NCBI GenBank assembly: GCA_027046625.1
Contig: JALTXX010000016.1
Coordinates: 5,512 to 69,511 of the forward strand
Source: Candidatus Micrarchaeota archaeon
Lineage (GTDB): Archaea > Iainarchaeota > Iainarchaeia > JAADDC01
DNA length: 64,000 nt
Direction: 5' to 3'
This document shows, in pieces, positions 19,802 through 30,197 of this stretch. The position numbers were made by a program, and so were the translations under genes. The stretch's first letter is position 1. The number at the start of each line of letters is the position of its first letter. Below the pieces are notes generated by a model. It worked only from the letters and a program-made list of their open reading frames with translations. It did no database searches and was not told where the DNA came from.

Positions 19802-20334
19802 ACCCCCTTCTCGTAGATATATATACCATCCTGGAACTTTCTTGGATCGAAGGACGGAGGAAGCTTGGTAGCTATTTCCAATCTGCCAGCCATCATGCCA
19901 GCAGCTTCCTTATCTATAGACTCTACAACAATGTCCTTACCTTTTATCTCTACCTTCACATTGGGGGGAACTTCTACCTCTATAGGTGTTTTTGCTCCTC
20001 TAAGGTTGGTTATTATTACTTTATTGCCTTTCACTTCAACTTTCATGGGGAAGTGAGCGTACACAACTTTCAGTATATATTTCCACGGCTTCTGTACACC
20101 CATTATCATATTCTTTATATGTGATGCCACAGCTCCTGCAGTAGCTCTCACCTTTCTCCTATTGGATACCGCTCTTATCTTTATGATATTGTTCTCTACT
20201 GTGATGTCAACACCCTTCATCTTGGAGAAATCCCTCTTTAGAGTTCCGAGAGGTCCGCTAACCTCTACTTCTGGATAATTAACCCTTACGGATATCCCCT
20301 CGGGCACCTCTATGCTCCATTCCCTCCTGAACAT
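19792..20334 (-). CDS. rpl6: 50S ribosomal protein L6 (uL6)
   Basis: 180 aa, L6 family sequence and operon position. Confidence 0.9.
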   Translation of the reverse strand: MFRREWSIEVPEGISVRVNYPEVEVSGPLGTLKRDFSKMKGVDITVENNIIKIRAVSNRRKVRATAGAVASHIKNMIMGVQKPWKYILKVVYAHFPMKVEVKGNKVIITNLRGAKTPIEVEVPPNVKVEIKGKDIVVESIDKEAAGMMAGRLEIATKLPPSFDPRKFQDGIYIYEKGVWG

Positions 20335-20342
20335 CTTATCAC

Positions 20343-20735
20343 CTAATACACATAGGCTATGAGCCTGCCCCCTATGCCTTCCCTCTTCGCATCCTCATTT
20401 GTCATAAGTCCCTTAGGGGTGGACACTATAAGCATGCCGATGCCCCTTGCAGGGAGGAACCTCTGCTCCCATTTGGTCCACTCATCCTTTTTTACGGGGA
20501 ACCTTGGCTTTATGGCTCCTGTGTCTACAATCTTTCCCGCAAGGGATACCTTAACGAGTCCCTCTCTACCATCATCTATAAACTCATAGGAGTTTATGTA
20601 TCCGTGATTCCTTAGGATTTCAAGTACATTTAGAAGTAGTTTTGAGGCTGGATACACTACAATCTCTCTCTTCCCTACTCTTTCCGCATTCTTTATCGCG
20701 TTTAGGGCATCTGCTAGGGGATCGAGCCGGCTCAT
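20343..20735 (-). CDS. rps8: 30S ribosomal protein S8 (uS8)
   Basis: 130 aa; MSRLDPLADALNAIKNAE N-terminus. Confidence 0.9.
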   Translation of the reverse strand: MSRLDPLADALNAIKNAERVGKREIVVYPASKLLLNVLEILRNHGYINSYEFIDDGREGLVKVSLAGKIVDTGAIKPRFPVKKDEWTKWEQRFLPARGIGMLIVSTPKGLMTNEDAKREGIGGRLIAYVY

Positions 20736-20744
20736 TCCATCACC

Positions 20745-20900
20745 TCAGTAGTAGTTCTTGAAGCCAAGCTCCTCTGCTACCAGTTTGAAGCATTGTCTAC
20801 ACAGCATAAGATTATATTTTCTAATTACTGCCTGAGCCCTTCCGCATCTCCTGCATTTGACGTTTTTTCCATGTCTTGCACGGGGTCTTCTCTTACCCAT
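20745..20900 (-). CDS. rps14: 30S ribosomal protein S14 type Z (uS14, zinc-binding)
   Basis: 51-aa ORF missed by ORF track; hand translation MGKRRPRARHGKNVKCRRCGRAQAVIRKYNLMLCRQCFKLVAEELGFKNYY with the C-x2-C ... C-x2-C motif; fills gap between rpl5 and rps8. Confidence 0.75.
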   Translation of the reverse strand: MGKRRPRARHGKNVKCRRCGRAQAVIRKYNLMLCRQCFKLVAEELGFKNYY

Positions 20901-20901
20901 A

Positions 20902-21423
20902 CTACACTACCTCCACACCGTAGGTTTCTTTAACGAATTGGATAGCTTCATCCCGGGTGATGAGATGATGCTTACCTATCCTAGAGGGAAGCCTCTTCCT
21001 TCTTTTAACTCTGTATCCAGGTCTTTCCAGAGTTACAGATACATCCATTCCAAAGATACCGATCTTAGGGTCATACTTCATGCCAGGAATCTGAATGTAC
21101 TCCTCTATGCCAAAGGAGAAATTGCCTGTATTGTCAAAATTCCTTTCGCGGAGTTTGTTGTTAACTGCTGAGAGAAGGAGCTTGAGCAATTCTTCTGCCT
21201 TTTCCCCTCTTACTGTTACCTTTACTCCTATAGGGAGGCCGGGTCTTATACCCCAGCGTTGTACCCTTTTCTTGGCCTTTGTTCTAACAGGCTTCTTATC
21301 ATAGTTAACAAGGGAGAGTATCCTCTTCAATACCTCCTCTGCTTTCTCTAATCGCTCTCCAGGTTCTCCCACACCTATGTTGAGGGTAACCTTTTCCACC
21401 CTTATGGTCCTCATGGGGTTCAT
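20902..21423 (-). CDS. rpl5: 50S ribosomal protein L5 (uL5)
   Basis: 173 aa, L5 family sequence. Confidence 0.9.
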   Translation of the reverse strand: MNPMRTIRVEKVTLNIGVGEPGERLEKAEEVLKRILSLVNYDKKPVRTKAKKRVQRWGIRPGLPIGVKVTVRGEKAEELLKLLLSAVNNKLRERNFDNTGNFSFGIEEYIQIPGMKYDPKIGIFGMDVSVTLERPGYRVKRRKRLPSRIGKHHLITRDEAIQFVKETYGVEVV

Positions 21424-21432
21424 TTTAACACC

Positions 21433-22158
21433 TCACAGTGTTATTGCGGGGGCCTTCTCCCCTACCACGAACACGTTCTTCTGCGCAGTTTCTATAGTTG
21501 TGCCTTCAACTTCCACCTTTACAAGCTTTGGCCTGAGCATGTCACCCTCTTCTACCTCTTTTATGGTACCTACTGTGCCTGCATGCCTGCCGGAGAGTAT
21601 GTATACCAGATTCCCTGGAGAAAGTCTGTATATCTCCTCAATATCCTGAGAGGGTATCCTTATCTTTAGTACATCACCTGGTTTGGCGTCACTCTCTTTT
21701 ACCCTGAAGGTTCTGCCATCGTTTGTGGTTAATTGAATGAGTCCGCCTCTTATCATCATCTTCTTTTCCACCCTAACAAGCTTATAATCCTTCTCCTCCT
21801 CGGATATCTCCTTCAAATCCAACCTTCCCTTTGGATCAAGCACTACTCTGTAAGATTTTCCTATCTTTGGTATAAAGACTGTATCAAACAATCCTACGGG
21901 GAATTTAGGGTCTTTAACAACTCTTCCATCTATGAGAATCTCGCCTCTTTTTATAATCTTATCTGCCTCTCTTCCTGTGGTTGCGAAACCGAGATAGTCC
22001 CTTACTAACACCCTGAGAGGAATAGCCTCCTCTATGGAATGGGGGCCGGGAGAAGGTTTTGTAATCCATACCCCGTATCTTCTCTTTCTTCTAATAAACC
22101 AAGATGCTGGAGCTGCAATGCGCTTCAGATGCCTTCTGCCTCCGCCTACTAGCGCCAT
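21433..22158 (-). CDS. rps4e: 30S ribosomal protein S4e
   Basis: start trimmed to MALVGGGRRHLKR, which abuts the rpl24 stop; S4e-like sequence. Confidence 0.88.
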   Translation of the reverse strand: MALVGGGRRHLKRIAAPASWFIRRKRRYGVWITKPSPGPHSIEEAIPLRVLVRDYLGFATTGREADKIIKRGEILIDGRVVKDPKFPVGLFDTVFIPKIGKSYRVVLDPKGRLDLKEISEEEKDYKLVRVEKKMMIRGGLIQLTTNDGRTFRVKESDAKPGDVLKIRIPSQDIEEIYRLSPGNLVYILSGRHAGTVGTIKEVEEGDMLRPKLVKVEVEGTTIETAQKNVFVVGEKAPAITL

Positions 22159-22159
22159 G

Positions 22160-22492
22160 CTATAACCTCCTGCTATCTCCTCTCTCAATATCTATGATCA
22201 TTACCTTGGATGGATGGATAGGCACCATTACCTCTCTTCCATCGCTTCTTTTTTGAGTAACACCCTCTACATATACCCTAAATCTTTTGAGGGATACCCT
22301 TGCAACCGTTCCCTCTCTTCCTCTGAACTTCCCCCTGAGTATTATTACTCTGTCCCCCTTTCTTACAGGGAGAGATCTTACGCCAAGCTCCTTTCTCAAC
22401 TCTTTGGATAGAGGAGCAGATACCATCTTCTGCCTTCTGTGTAGAGGAGCGTTAAAGTGCCTTTTCCTTTGTTTTCTTGGCTGAGAGCTCAT
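22160..22492 (-). CDS. rpl24: 50S ribosomal protein L24 (uL24, KOW)
   Basis: 110 aa; [22 protein letters not shown] motif. Confidence 0.9.
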   Translation of the reverse strand: MSSQPRKQRKRHFNAPLHRRQKMVSAPLSKELRKELGVRSLPVRKGDRVIILRGKFRGREGTVARVSLKRFRVYVEGVTQKRSDGREVMVPIHPSKVMIIDIERGDSRRL

Positions 22493-22887
22493 ACTATCAC
22501 CGCCGCAATACGAGCCACCTTAGGATACCTCTCTCCAACCTCCCTTGCTATAGGACCCTTTATCTCTGTACCTCTAGGCTCTCCCTTTTCGTTAACTATA
22601 ACAGCTGCGTTGTCCTCAAATCTTACTCTTGTGCCGTCAGGTCTTCTAAACTCCTTTCTCTGACGTACCACAACAGCTCTGAATACCTTTCCCTTCATAT
22701 CAGGCTTCCCCTTTGTAACAGACACGATGATCATGTCTGCGATACCAGCCGAAGGCCTTTGCCTTTTCCTTCCCTTATACCCTATTACGCCAATCATCTT
22801 CAGCTCCTTCGCTCCAGTGTTGTCCGCGCACACTAAGAAGGTACCCACTTGTATACCCTTTGTAACGGAGGTACCTATGGCCTTCAC
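22489..22887 (-). CDS. rpl14: 50S ribosomal protein L14 (uL14)
   Basis: 132 aa; L14 family sequence. Confidence 0.9.
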   Translation of the reverse strand: MKAIGTSVTKGIQVGTFLVCADNTGAKELKMIGVIGYKGRKRQRPSAGIADMIIVSVTKGKPDMKGKVFRAVVVRQRKEFRRPDGTRVRFEDNAAVIVNEKGEPRGTEIKGPIAREVGERYPKVARIAAVIV

Positions 22888-23228
22888 TGGGCATCACCCC
22901 TCTTTGTTACCTGAAGCACTACAAAGGCTACTGTTTTTGCAAGCTTTCTGGTTTCTCCTATGATGACCTCATCTCCCTCTTTTGCGTTTATACAGGGGGG
23001 ATTGTGGGCGTGAATCTTGTATCTAACCCTCTTGTAACGTTCATATTTTGGAACGTAAACTACACCTTCAATCATGACGGTTACTGTGCGCTGCATTCTG
23101 TCAGAAACCACTCTACCTTTTAATACTTGCCCCCTTACTCTCACAGATCCGTGATAGGGGCATTTTTTGTCGTTGCAGTCGGTTGACGGTGGTTCAAATG
23201 CCCTTCCAGCAATGGTAAATCCACTCAT
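22884..23228 (-). CDS. rps17: 30S ribosomal protein S17 (uS17)
   Basis: 114 aa; S17-like sequence and position. Confidence 0.9.
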   Translation of the reverse strand: MSGFTIAGRAFEPPSTDCNDKKCPYHGSVRVRGQVLKGRVVSDRMQRTVTVMIEGVVYVPKYERYKRVRYKIHAHNPPCINAKEGDEVIIGETRKLAKTVAFVVLQVTKRGDAQ

Positions 23229-23279
23229 ATTTTCCTCCCGGGGAGTCTGACCCCCACCATATGGAGCAAAGATACCTTT

Positions 23280-23627
23280 TTATTGCTTCTGTAAATAGCG
23301 TTTCATACAATCTTCCCAATCCTTGAATGTTAGAGGGCGCCTTCTAAGGTACCTTTTGTAGCCCCTTTTAGTTCTTTCGTGGGGTCTGAGGAATATTTCA
23401 TCACCCCTTACGATGGTCCATCTCCTTCCCTCTATGTGGAAGCAAAAAGTTCCATTTTTCTTGGAAACAACTTTTACACCATCTTTAGTTAGGACGTGGA
23501 TCGTCTTAAGGGTTTCGTTTACAACGATACCCCTTATTCCTATTAGAGTGGGGTCTGTGTGGTTTATAACCACCACTTCTCTTCCAATAAGCTCGTGTAT
23601 GATGATGTTCTTTGGATTCGGAGGCAT
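23280..23627 (-). CDS. rnp1: ribonuclease P protein component 1 (Rpp29/Pop4)
   Basis: 115 aa; Rpp29-like Sm-fold sequence, conserved position after rps17 in archaea. Confidence 0.78.
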   Translation of the reverse strand: MPPNPKNIIIHELIGREVVVINHTDPTLIGIRGIVVNETLKTIHVLTKDGVKVVSKKNGTFCFHIEGRRWTIVRGDEIFLRPHERTKRGYKRYLRRRPLTFKDWEDCMKRYLQKQ

Positions 23628-23629
23628 GA

Positions 23630-23938
23630 TTATAATACCTCGATGTTTTCTTCCTTGAAACCTTCTTCCAGAAGAAATTCCTTTACCTTCCTCCTGTGAT
23701 CCCCTTGTAGCTCTATGGTATTGTCGTATGCAGTTCCTCCACAGCCTAGCTTTTTCTTTAGCCTTTTTGCCAATCCTTTTATGTCTATGGAGTCATCAAA
23801 ACCTGTTATTATGGTTACAAGTCTGCCAAACTTCCGCTTATCAACCCTTATCTTTAATTTTAATTGCTCTCGAGAAAATGCTTCCGCATCTACCAAATCT
23901 TCAGGAAGCCCGATAACGTCCTTCAGATCCTTTGCCAC
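23630..23938 (-). CDS. translation initiation factor SUI1 (aIF1)
   Basis: 102 aa; KIRVDKRKFGRLVTIITGF ... GCGGTAYDNTIELQGDHR SUI1 signature. Confidence 0.85.
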   Translation of the reverse strand: MAKDLKDVIGLPEDLVDAEAFSREQLKLKIRVDKRKFGRLVTIITGFDDSIDIKGLAKRLKKKLGCGGTAYDNTIELQGDHRRKVKEFLLEEGFKEENIEVL

Positions 23939-23979
23939 CGCCGATGACCACCCCTTAACTAATTAGCCATCCGGCATTT

Positions 23980-24174
23980 TTATTGGTTGCCCTCCCTTAG
24001 GATGGTAAGTATACGGGCAATATCCCTCCTTAACTGTCTTATCTTCCCTGGATTCTCCGGTCTGGTACCAGCCTCTACTTGGGCCCTCAGCTTCGAGAGC
24101 TCAGCTCTAAGACTGTTTAGCAGATTCCTCAGTTCCTCCTTGGACTTCTGCCTTAGTTCTTTCGTCTTCAACAT
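23980..24174 (-). CDS. rpl29: 50S ribosomal protein L29 (uL29)
   Basis: 64 aa; MLKTKELRQKSKEEL ... ENPGKIRQLRRDIAR. Confidence 0.85.
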   Translation of the reverse strand: MLKTKELRQKSKEELRNLLNSLRAELSKLRAQVEAGTRPENPGKIRQLRRDIARILTILREGNQ

Positions 24175-24772
24175 TACCCACCTCCGGTATAACTACCTGA
24201 TCAGGGAATTTTACATCAGGTTTCACAATCGCAACCTTAACACCCACGATGCCCCACTTTGTATACGCTTCTGCAAACCCCTCGTCCACCAGCTTTGCTG
24301 GATCGCCAACCTTCTTCATATAACCCTCGTATACCCTTCCCTTCTGGGCTCTTGCGTTTCTAGCACCTAGCTTACCCTTCACTATGATTTCCGCTCCTCT
24401 TGCTCCCGCATCCATAATCCTTCTGAGAGTGGTGTTAAGAAGAGGTCTCCAAGCGGTACCCCTTTCTATGGCGAGAGCAATGCGCTCTGCCTGAACCTGG
24501 GCATCAAGAACAGGATTTTCTACGGGAATTACCTCTATCTGGGGGTTGTTTACCTGAAACATCTCCTTTATCTTCTCCGTTACCTCCCTTATCTTTGTAC
24601 CCTTCTTCCCTATGATGAGTCCGGGTTTAGCGGCATATATAACGATACGCGTTAATATAGGAGTTTTAACAACATCTATTTTTGATATGAGAGCTTCCCT
24701 AAGCTCTTTTCTCAAATACTCTTTTATGAAAAGGATGGTTTTTGCATCTGAAATAATCTCTCTCTCTATCAT
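24107..24772 (-). CDS. rps3: 30S ribosomal protein S3 (uS3, KH domain)
   Basis: 221 aa; KH motif IGKKGTKIREVTEKI; C-terminal 68 nt overlaps rpl29. Confidence 0.88.
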   Translation of the reverse strand: MIEREIISDAKTILFIKEYLRKELREALISKIDVVKTPILTRIVIYAAKPGLIIGKKGTKIREVTEKIKEMFQVNNPQIEVIPVENPVLDAQVQAERIALAIERGTAWRPLLNTTLRRIMDAGARGAEIIVKGKLGARNARAQKGRVYEGYMKKVGDPAKLVDEGFAEAYTKWGIVGVKVAIVKPDVKFPDQVVIPEVGNVEDERTKAEVQGGTEESAKQS

Positions 24773-25212
24773 TGTACTATCACCTCTATGTGCGTTGATT
24801 TGCTTCTCCTAAGCCTCCACCTTCCTTTAGGCTGCCTTCTTATGCGTCTAAATCCCTTTCCAATCCATATATGGACGATGCGCACCTTGTCTATATCTAA
24901 GCCTTGTTGTTCTGCGTTTGCCTCCACGTTTCTGAGAAGTTTTAAGAAATATTTAACTGTTTTATCCAGATATCTTCCCTGTTTTATACCCTCTCGCGTA
25001 CCTCTTCTGTGCCCTACTTTTTTATTATACCTTTTCAGGGGAATCCATTCCTTGTGTTCCAACACTCTCTGGAGGAGTGCAATAGCATCCCTCAATCTTC
25101 TACCCTTTATGTATCTTCCCACCTCTCTGGCCCACTTTGTGGAGACGGGAGCCTCCTTTATCATGGCCTTTGCGTGGGGCCCGTTAACGGTTGTGGCGTA
25201 GCTTTTCTTCAT
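24769..25212 (-). CDS. rpl22: 50S ribosomal protein L22 (uL22)
   Basis: 147 aa; L22-like sequence. Confidence 0.9.
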   Translation of the reverse strand: MKKSYATTVNGPHAKAMIKEAPVSTKWAREVGRYIKGRRLRDAIALLQRVLEHKEWIPLKRYNKKVGHRRGTREGIKQGRYLDKTVKYFLKLLRNVEANAEQQGLDIDKVRIVHIWIGKGFRRIRRQPKGRWRLRRSKSTHIEVIVQ

Positions 25213-25222
25213 ACTTTCACCC

Positions 25223-25636
25223 TTACTTCTTAGGCGCTGCCTTGGATCTAGATGCTCCTACACCGGGAGCACCGTGCTGTACCATCTTCCTTGTAAGCAC
25301 GAACTCTCCCAGATAATACCCTACCATCTCAGGCTTTATCCTTACAGGAACATACTCTTTTCCGTTATAAACCTCGATGGTAAGTCCTATCATCTCGGGA
25401 ATAACGGGAAAATCTCTACAGTGAGTCCTTATCCTTGGTTGTTTCTTGCCCTCCTTTATAAGTTTTTTAGCCTCTCTAATCTTTTCTAGGAGTCTGATCT
25501 CCTCCCTTTCCTGCCTCTTACCCTCCAATAACCTTTTTAGGCTTCTCCTTATTCTGGCTGGTGCAATGTCTATAAACTCCTTTATTGATAGATTTCCCAA
25601 CTCTGAGAGAGGGATACCTCTGTAACTCTTCATCAT
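25223..25636 (-). CDS. rps19: 30S ribosomal protein S19 (uS19)
   Basis: 137 aa; [21 protein letters not shown] motif. Confidence 0.9.
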   Translation of the reverse strand: MMKSYRGIPLSELGNLSIKEFIDIAPARIRRSLKRLLEGKRQEREEIRLLEKIREAKKLIKEGKKQPRIRTHCRDFPVIPEMIGLTIEVYNGKEYVPVRIKPEMVGYYLGEFVLTRKMVQHGAPGVGASRSKAAPKK

Positions 25637-26346
25637 CTCTTCCTCCTGCCAGTTCTTCTGGCAGCAATATGACCTACCTTCCTGCCGGGGGGTGTGTTTC
25701 TAGCCACCGTGGTGGGGCCAGGTGGGTGGTGTTCCTTACCTCCGTGGGGGTGGTCCACCACGTTCATGGCCACACCCCTTACCTTGGGCCACATCCTGTT
25801 CATGGCTCTCATCCAATGGTACTTCTTTCCAGCCTTTACGAAGGGTTTTTCTTTCCTTCCCCCACCCGCAACATTTCCAATAGTAGCTCTACACTTTGCA
25901 TCGAACACCTTTACCTTCCCGGAGGGCAGCTTTACCAATACCTTATCCCCTACCTTGGTTTGTACTATGGCATAGGATCCGGAGCTCCTGACATACTTTC
26001 CTCCATCTCCCGGGCTGCCCTCGATGTTGAAAACAGGGGTACCCTCATCTAGTTCTCCTAAGGGAAGGATGTTGCCCACCGCAAGGGCGGCCCCTTCCCC
26101 TACTTCTATCCAATCATTTAGCATGACCCCTTCTGCAGCGGGGATGTAGTACTTCTCCCCACTTAGAGAAGTAAGTTCTACAACAGGGTACGTTCTCCCC
26201 ACATCATGGAAAATATCCGTAATCTGATACTTTTCTTTTTTGTTTAGAGGAGGATAGGAAAGCTTCTCTACCTTTCTTCTATGGTCCGGTCTTCTAAAGG
26301 AGGGGCTTCCCCTTCCCAGTCTTTGTACCCTTATTCTCTTCCCCAT
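25633..26346 (-). CDS. rpl2: 50S ribosomal protein L2 (uL2)
   Basis: 237 aa; L2-like, C-terminal [12 protein letters not shown] motif. Confidence 0.9.
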   Translation of the reverse strand: MGKRIRVQRLGRGSPSFRRPDHRRKVEKLSYPPLNKKEKYQITDIFHDVGRTYPVVELTSLSGEKYYIPAAEGVMLNDWIEVGEGAALAVGNILPLGELDEGTPVFNIEGSPGDGGKYVRSSGSYAIVQTKVGDKVLVKLPSGKVKVFDAKCRATIGNVAGGGRKEKPFVKAGKKYHWMRAMNRMWPKVRGVAMNVVDHPHGGKEHHPPGPTTVARNTPPGRKVGHIAARRTGRRKR

Positions 26347-26597
26347 TATATCACACCCAACTTGGTTGCTAGCTCTGTGGCATCATATCCTTCTTCTAAT
26401 CTTACATATGCCTTCTTTCTACCATCAGGAGTGACGAGGGTGTTCACTTTTTTAACCTTGACATTGTATAGCTCTTCCACCTCTCTCTTTATTTGGCTTT
26501 TGGTGGCACCAGGCTGGACAATAAACACTATGGTATTCTGGGTATTGATGAGGTGAACAGCCTTTTCTGATATGAGAGGGTATAGTATAACCGTCAT
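26346..26597 (-). CDS. rpl23: 50S ribosomal protein L23 (uL23)
   Basis: 83 aa; L23-like sequence. Confidence 0.9.
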   Translation of the reverse strand: MTVILYPLISEKAVHLINTQNTIVFIVQPGATKSQIKREVEELYNVKVKKVNTLVTPDGRKKAYVRLEEGYDATELATKLGVI

Positions 26598-27397
26598 GCC
26601 ATATCACCCATCTTTTCTATGGCTGATTTGCTCCATATTACCAGCCTTCCAGGGTGAGCGCCAGGCGCGAGATCCTCCGCATTGAGGTTTCTTATCTCCT
26701 TTACATCCACTCCCGGAAGATTCCTTGCAGCTCTGTAAACAGGAGAAGGTTCCGCTACCACGATAAGGACACTCTTTGGAACCTTCTTGGCTCTTCCTCT
26801 TCGCTTTCCCTTTCCTGCCCTTCTTCTTGTCCCCTCCATGGCTCTTTCCACATCTTTCCATACCCCAAGCTTTTGAAATACTTCCTTTAACTCCTTGGTG
26901 GTTTTAACATCCTCTATTCCATCTACGATGAGCGGAATGTGTTTAACATCTTCTATTCTATGGCCTCTTAGTTCTACGTATTCCTTTATTGCGGTAGCAG
27001 CTATTGCACTAAGAAGTGCTTTTTTCTTCTCCTTTTTGTTTATCTTCTGCCTCCATACCTTTTCTACCTTTGGCGGATGAGCCCTAGGACCTCCAACAGC
27101 CTGGGGTACATTAGCAACCCTTCCAAACAGAATCTCTCCCCTTTCCTTGGTTCTTGGAAGTCTAGCCCTCCCCACATTTATGGTTCTTCTAAACTCCGGC
27201 AGCCTTCGCATACCTATATACTCTGCTGTAAACAACCTTCCAGCCATCTCCATACTTCCGTATGGTTGTCTTCTGGCTGATTGTATGGCAAATACAGCCC
27301 TTTTAATGAGATCCTCCCTGACCTTTTCCGTGAAGGGTGATGGGAGCTCTATCTCCCCTACTATAATACCATCCGTGGAGTAGACAGGTGCCTTCAT
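26594..27397 (-). CDS. rpl4: 50S ribosomal protein L4 (uL4)
   Basis: 267 aa; L4/L1e family sequence. Confidence 0.9.
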   Translation of the reverse strand: MKAPVYSTDGIIVGEIELPSPFTEKVREDLIKRAVFAIQSARRQPYGSMEMAGRLFTAEYIGMRRLPEFRRTINVGRARLPRTKERGEILFGRVANVPQAVGGPRAHPPKVEKVWRQKINKKEKKKALLSAIAATAIKEYVELRGHRIEDVKHIPLIVDGIEDVKTTKELKEVFQKLGVWKDVERAMEGTRRRAGKGKRRGRAKKVPKSVLIVVAEPSPVYRAARNLPGVDVKEIRNLNAEDLAPGAHPGRLVIWSKSAIEKMGDMA

Positions 27398-28359
27398 GCC
27401 AGCTCACCCACCTTTACGCCACCAACCGATAGTGTAGTTCTGGGTGGTCTAATGGCCTTTCTAAGGGCTATGATCCTCTTTGAAGGGCCAGGAATGGAAC
27501 CTTTCACTACAATATAATCAGAGGTTACAATGCCATAGTGTTTAAAGCCTGACTTGGGGGTAATAGGCTGCTCTTTTCCATTACCTATGAGAAAGATATA
27601 CTTGTTATACTCAGTTCTTGTGTGGAAGCCCATCTGCCCTGGTCTTGGAACGGTCCACATTACCTTTGCAGGGTGCCATGGACCTATAGAGCCCACACCT
27701 CTCTTTGTTTTCTCTTTTTTATGCCCAAACTCAAACACGCCAAACCTTTTTACAACACCTTGGAACCCCTTACCCTTTGTAACCGCCTTTACGTCTATGT
27801 ACTCTCCTGCAGAGAATACTGAAGAGATGGGAATCTCTTTGCCCAGCACCTCTTTCCCGTACTCTATAGCCCTTTCTACAGGGCCACCTATTGCTATTTC
27901 TCCTATATCAGGGGTCTTCTTAAGCCCTATTAGCCAAGGCTGTGTGGATATGAGCAATCTAACCGCCTTTATACCATTCAGGCTTTCCGGCCATGTGTGA
28001 TCTACTTTTTCTGGTGGTGTGATCCTTCTTTCCATATATTTTGGAAGCTTCTCCGCCCAGATCTCTGTGATAGTGTATAACCTCCCTCCATTGTCTCCAT
28101 AGAATCTTACACCATAAACAAAGAGGGGCGGCGTTTCTATTACTGTGGCGGCAGAGAAGACCTCTTTTCCAGAGGTTGGGGTCCTCTTCCTAGCATCTGT
28201 ATAGAAAAGGTGTATCATGCCAGCTTTATAACCATAAAAGCCTAACGGCCTTGTTTCATTGGAAGAAGGCCAGCTTCTAAACCTTGGAACGATTCTCTTT
28301 GCTCTCTTTCTTGGATAAAATGCAAGGGACCCCCTTCTGGGAGCTGTCCTTCTAGGCAT
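27394..28359 (-). CDS. rpl3: 50S ribosomal protein L3 (uL3); first gene of the superoperon
   Basis: 321 aa; L3 family sequence. Confidence 0.9.
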   Translation of the reverse strand: MPRRTAPRRGSLAFYPRKRAKRIVPRFRSWPSSNETRPLGFYGYKAGMIHLFYTDARKRTPTSGKEVFSAATVIETPPLFVYGVRFYGDNGGRLYTITEIWAEKLPKYMERRITPPEKVDHTWPESLNGIKAVRLLISTQPWLIGLKKTPDIGEIAIGGPVERAIEYGKEVLGKEIPISSVFSAGEYIDVKAVTKGKGFQGVVKRFGVFEFGHKKEKTKRGVGSIGPWHPAKVMWTVPRPGQMGFHTRTEYNKYIFLIGNGKEQPITPKSGFKHYGIVTSDYIVVKGSIPGPSKRIIALRKAIRPPRTTLSVGGVKVGELA

Positions 28360-28399
28360 AGAGTATCACCTGCCGGGTGATATGAGAGAACAGGAGGGG

Positions 28400-28407
28400 T
28401 TATAAAC
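28400..28407. promoter_or_regulatory. palindromic TATA-like box (TTATAAAC) in divergent intergenic region between rpl3 and the 28430 gene
   Basis: only A/T box in the 70-nt intergenic region; 26 nt upstream of the plus-strand ATG at 28430. Confidence 0.35.
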
Positions 28408-28429
28408 CTTAAAGACCCTTCCATATAGC

Positions 28430-29074
28430 ATGCTGGAGGATGTGTTGATATGGCTTCAGCAGGCTCTCATGCTGGGAGGGTTAGCACTTATCATTACAGC
28501 CATAGGTTATGCAGTAGCTATTTTTGTGGAAGGTCTGGTGGGAAGGGCTTACAGATATTTGGGAATAAAGGAGTACATGGAGGCATCCGGATTTGAGAGA
28601 GCTATTGCCGGGATAGAATTTGAGCTTGTCATTAAGGAGTTAATAAAGTGGTGGGTATTCCTAGTATTCATCATACAGGCGGCTTCCACTCTTGGTTTGA
28701 TGGAAATAGTAAGATTCTTTTCTATTATAATGGGAGGCTATACATCTCTAACCCTGGCCATTATATACCTCTCGGGTGGTGCAATTCTAGCCCATTACCT
28801 TTACAGAAGGCTTGAGGAGGCCGGTGTGGTTGGAGGTAGACTTACCGCAAGGGTGGTAAAGTGGGTGGTCATATACATCTCCCTTGTTACAGCATTCAGA
28901 CTTGTGGGATTCAGCGGTATAGAATTCCTTAACAGGATAGTGGAACTCCTCATTACAGCCTTTGTGATAGCCTTTGGACTGGGGATGGGTATTGCCTTTG
29001 GATTGGGAGGTCAGGATACCGCTAAAAAGCTTATTGAAAAGTATAAATCCTCCCTTGAGAAGGTATTAGAATGA
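28430..29074 (+). CDS. hypothetical polytopic membrane protein
   Basis: 214 aa with several hydrophobic helices; ATGA overlap with the next gene. Confidence 0.5.
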   Translation: MLEDVLIWLQQALMLGGLALIITAIGYAVAIFVEGLVGRAYRYLGIKEYMEASGFERAIAGIEFELVIKELIKWWVFLVFIIQAASTLGLMEIVRFFSIIMGGYTSLTLAIIYLSGGAILAHYLYRRLEEAGVVGGRLTARVVKWVVIYISLVTAFRLVGFSGIEFLNRIVELLITAFVIAFGLGMGIAFGLGGQDTAKKLIEKYKSSLEKVLE

Positions 29075-29526
29075 TCCTAGACGCCTCTTTCTTCATAAAT
29101 GGAAGATACTCCCTTGTAAAAGGGGTTACCACTTCTAAAGTGGTGGAGGAGTTGAAAACTTCATCCTATGAGATATTCCTGTCCTCTGATGTGAGAATAG
29201 AGGAACCATCACCCTGTTATGTATCCCTTGTCAGGAAAAAACTGAGAGAAATAGGGGAAAGGAAGCTTTCGGAGGCCGATATATCGGTACTTGCGCTTTC
29301 TCTCCAGAGGAAAGAGCCCCTTGTAACGGATGACTATAATCTGCAGAATGTAGCCTTATTATTGGGCATAGAGGTTTACGACACTGGTATGGGGAGAGTG
29401 AGGAGTATCAGGGTATATGAAAGGAAATGCCCAGTTTGTGGAAAGAGAACAGAGAAAGAAATATGTACATCCTGTGGAACAAAAACAAAAGTTAATGCTA
29501 TTCCAGCTGGGAAAGGTGGGAAATAA
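29071..29526 (+). CDS. PIN-domain endonuclease with C-terminal zinc ribbon (Nob1-like)
   Basis: 151 aa; N-terminal ILDASFFI PIN start, acidic TDDYNL, C-terminal CPVCGK ... CTSCG ribbon; architecture matches archaeal Nob1. Confidence 0.55.
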   Translation: MILDASFFINGRYSLVKGVTTSKVVEELKTSSYEIFLSSDVRIEEPSPCYVSLVRKKLREIGERKLSEADISVLALSLQRKEPLVTDDYNLQNVALLLGIEVYDTGMGRVRSIRVYERKCPVCGKRTEKEICTSCGTKTKVNAIPAGKGGK

Positions 29527-30175
29527 TCTTTACAATAAGGTTTTTTATCCTCTCTCTGAAGAAGTACAGTGCCAGCAATACAAGGAATAAGGCAATCCAT
29601 TCCATCTGGAAGGATAGCATGTACTTTGAGATGGAAGGAACTGTATAAAGTTGGGGGTAGCGATATACCAACCTAAAAGGCTCCCCTGATTGTAGGGGAC
29701 CCCTCCATACAATATAATTCTCTCCCATCTCTTGAGGCTCGGGGGAAACACTCTCTATGTAACCTTTGGGAACTTCTATCTTGATGGACATCTTTCCGGG
29801 AAGTACTATTAGACCTCCTGATAGTGGAAGCTTAAAGCTATCAAAAAGGAAGGTTTTCCACAATATCTCATTCCTTATTTCTCTTGCATTGCAGGTATAG
29901 TTTACAACGATGGATGGGGCGATCTCCCTCACGATGGACAGGGAAACCCTTTTTGCTTCGCATAGGAAGGTATCGAGCATTTCTATTTCATACTTCCACA
30001 GGGAATACCTAAAGCCTATCTCAGAGGCTATTCTTCCAAGATTCTGCTCTAAATCCGAGGAAAAGTAGTAGGTTTGTTGCACCTTTAGGATAGGACCCTC
30101 TGCAACTGCATAAACATCTATCTGAAGTGGTTGTATGGCTCCGTATGCAAGGGGGATGAGGAGGAGCCAAAGCAT
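29498..30175 (-). CDS. hypothetical secreted, C-terminally membrane-anchored protein
   Basis: 225 aa; N-terminal signal-like MLWLLLIPLAYGA and C-terminal hydrophobic segment. Confidence 0.45.
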   Translation of the reverse strand: MLWLLLIPLAYGAIQPLQIDVYAVAEGPILKVQQTYYFSSDLEQNLGRIASEIGFRYSLWKYEIEMLDTFLCEAKRVSLSIVREIAPSIVVNYTCNAREIRNEILWKTFLFDSFKLPLSGGLIVLPGKMSIKIEVPKGYIESVSPEPQEMGENYIVWRGPLQSGEPFRLVYRYPQLYTVPSISKYMLSFQMEWIALFLVLLALYFFRERIKNLIVKIISHLSQLE

Positions 30176-30197
30176 GTATAACTATAGATCTGGTAAC

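Noticed and set aside
10479-27383. Numerous 60-160-aa antisense or alternate-frame ORFs inside the ribosomal superoperon (for example 10479-10919, 12485-12844, 25585-26052, 27554-28000)
   Set aside because: Each is fully embedded in a confidently identified ribosomal protein gene on the other strand or frame, and the translations are low-complexity (Ser/Pro/Leu-rich); shadow ORFs.
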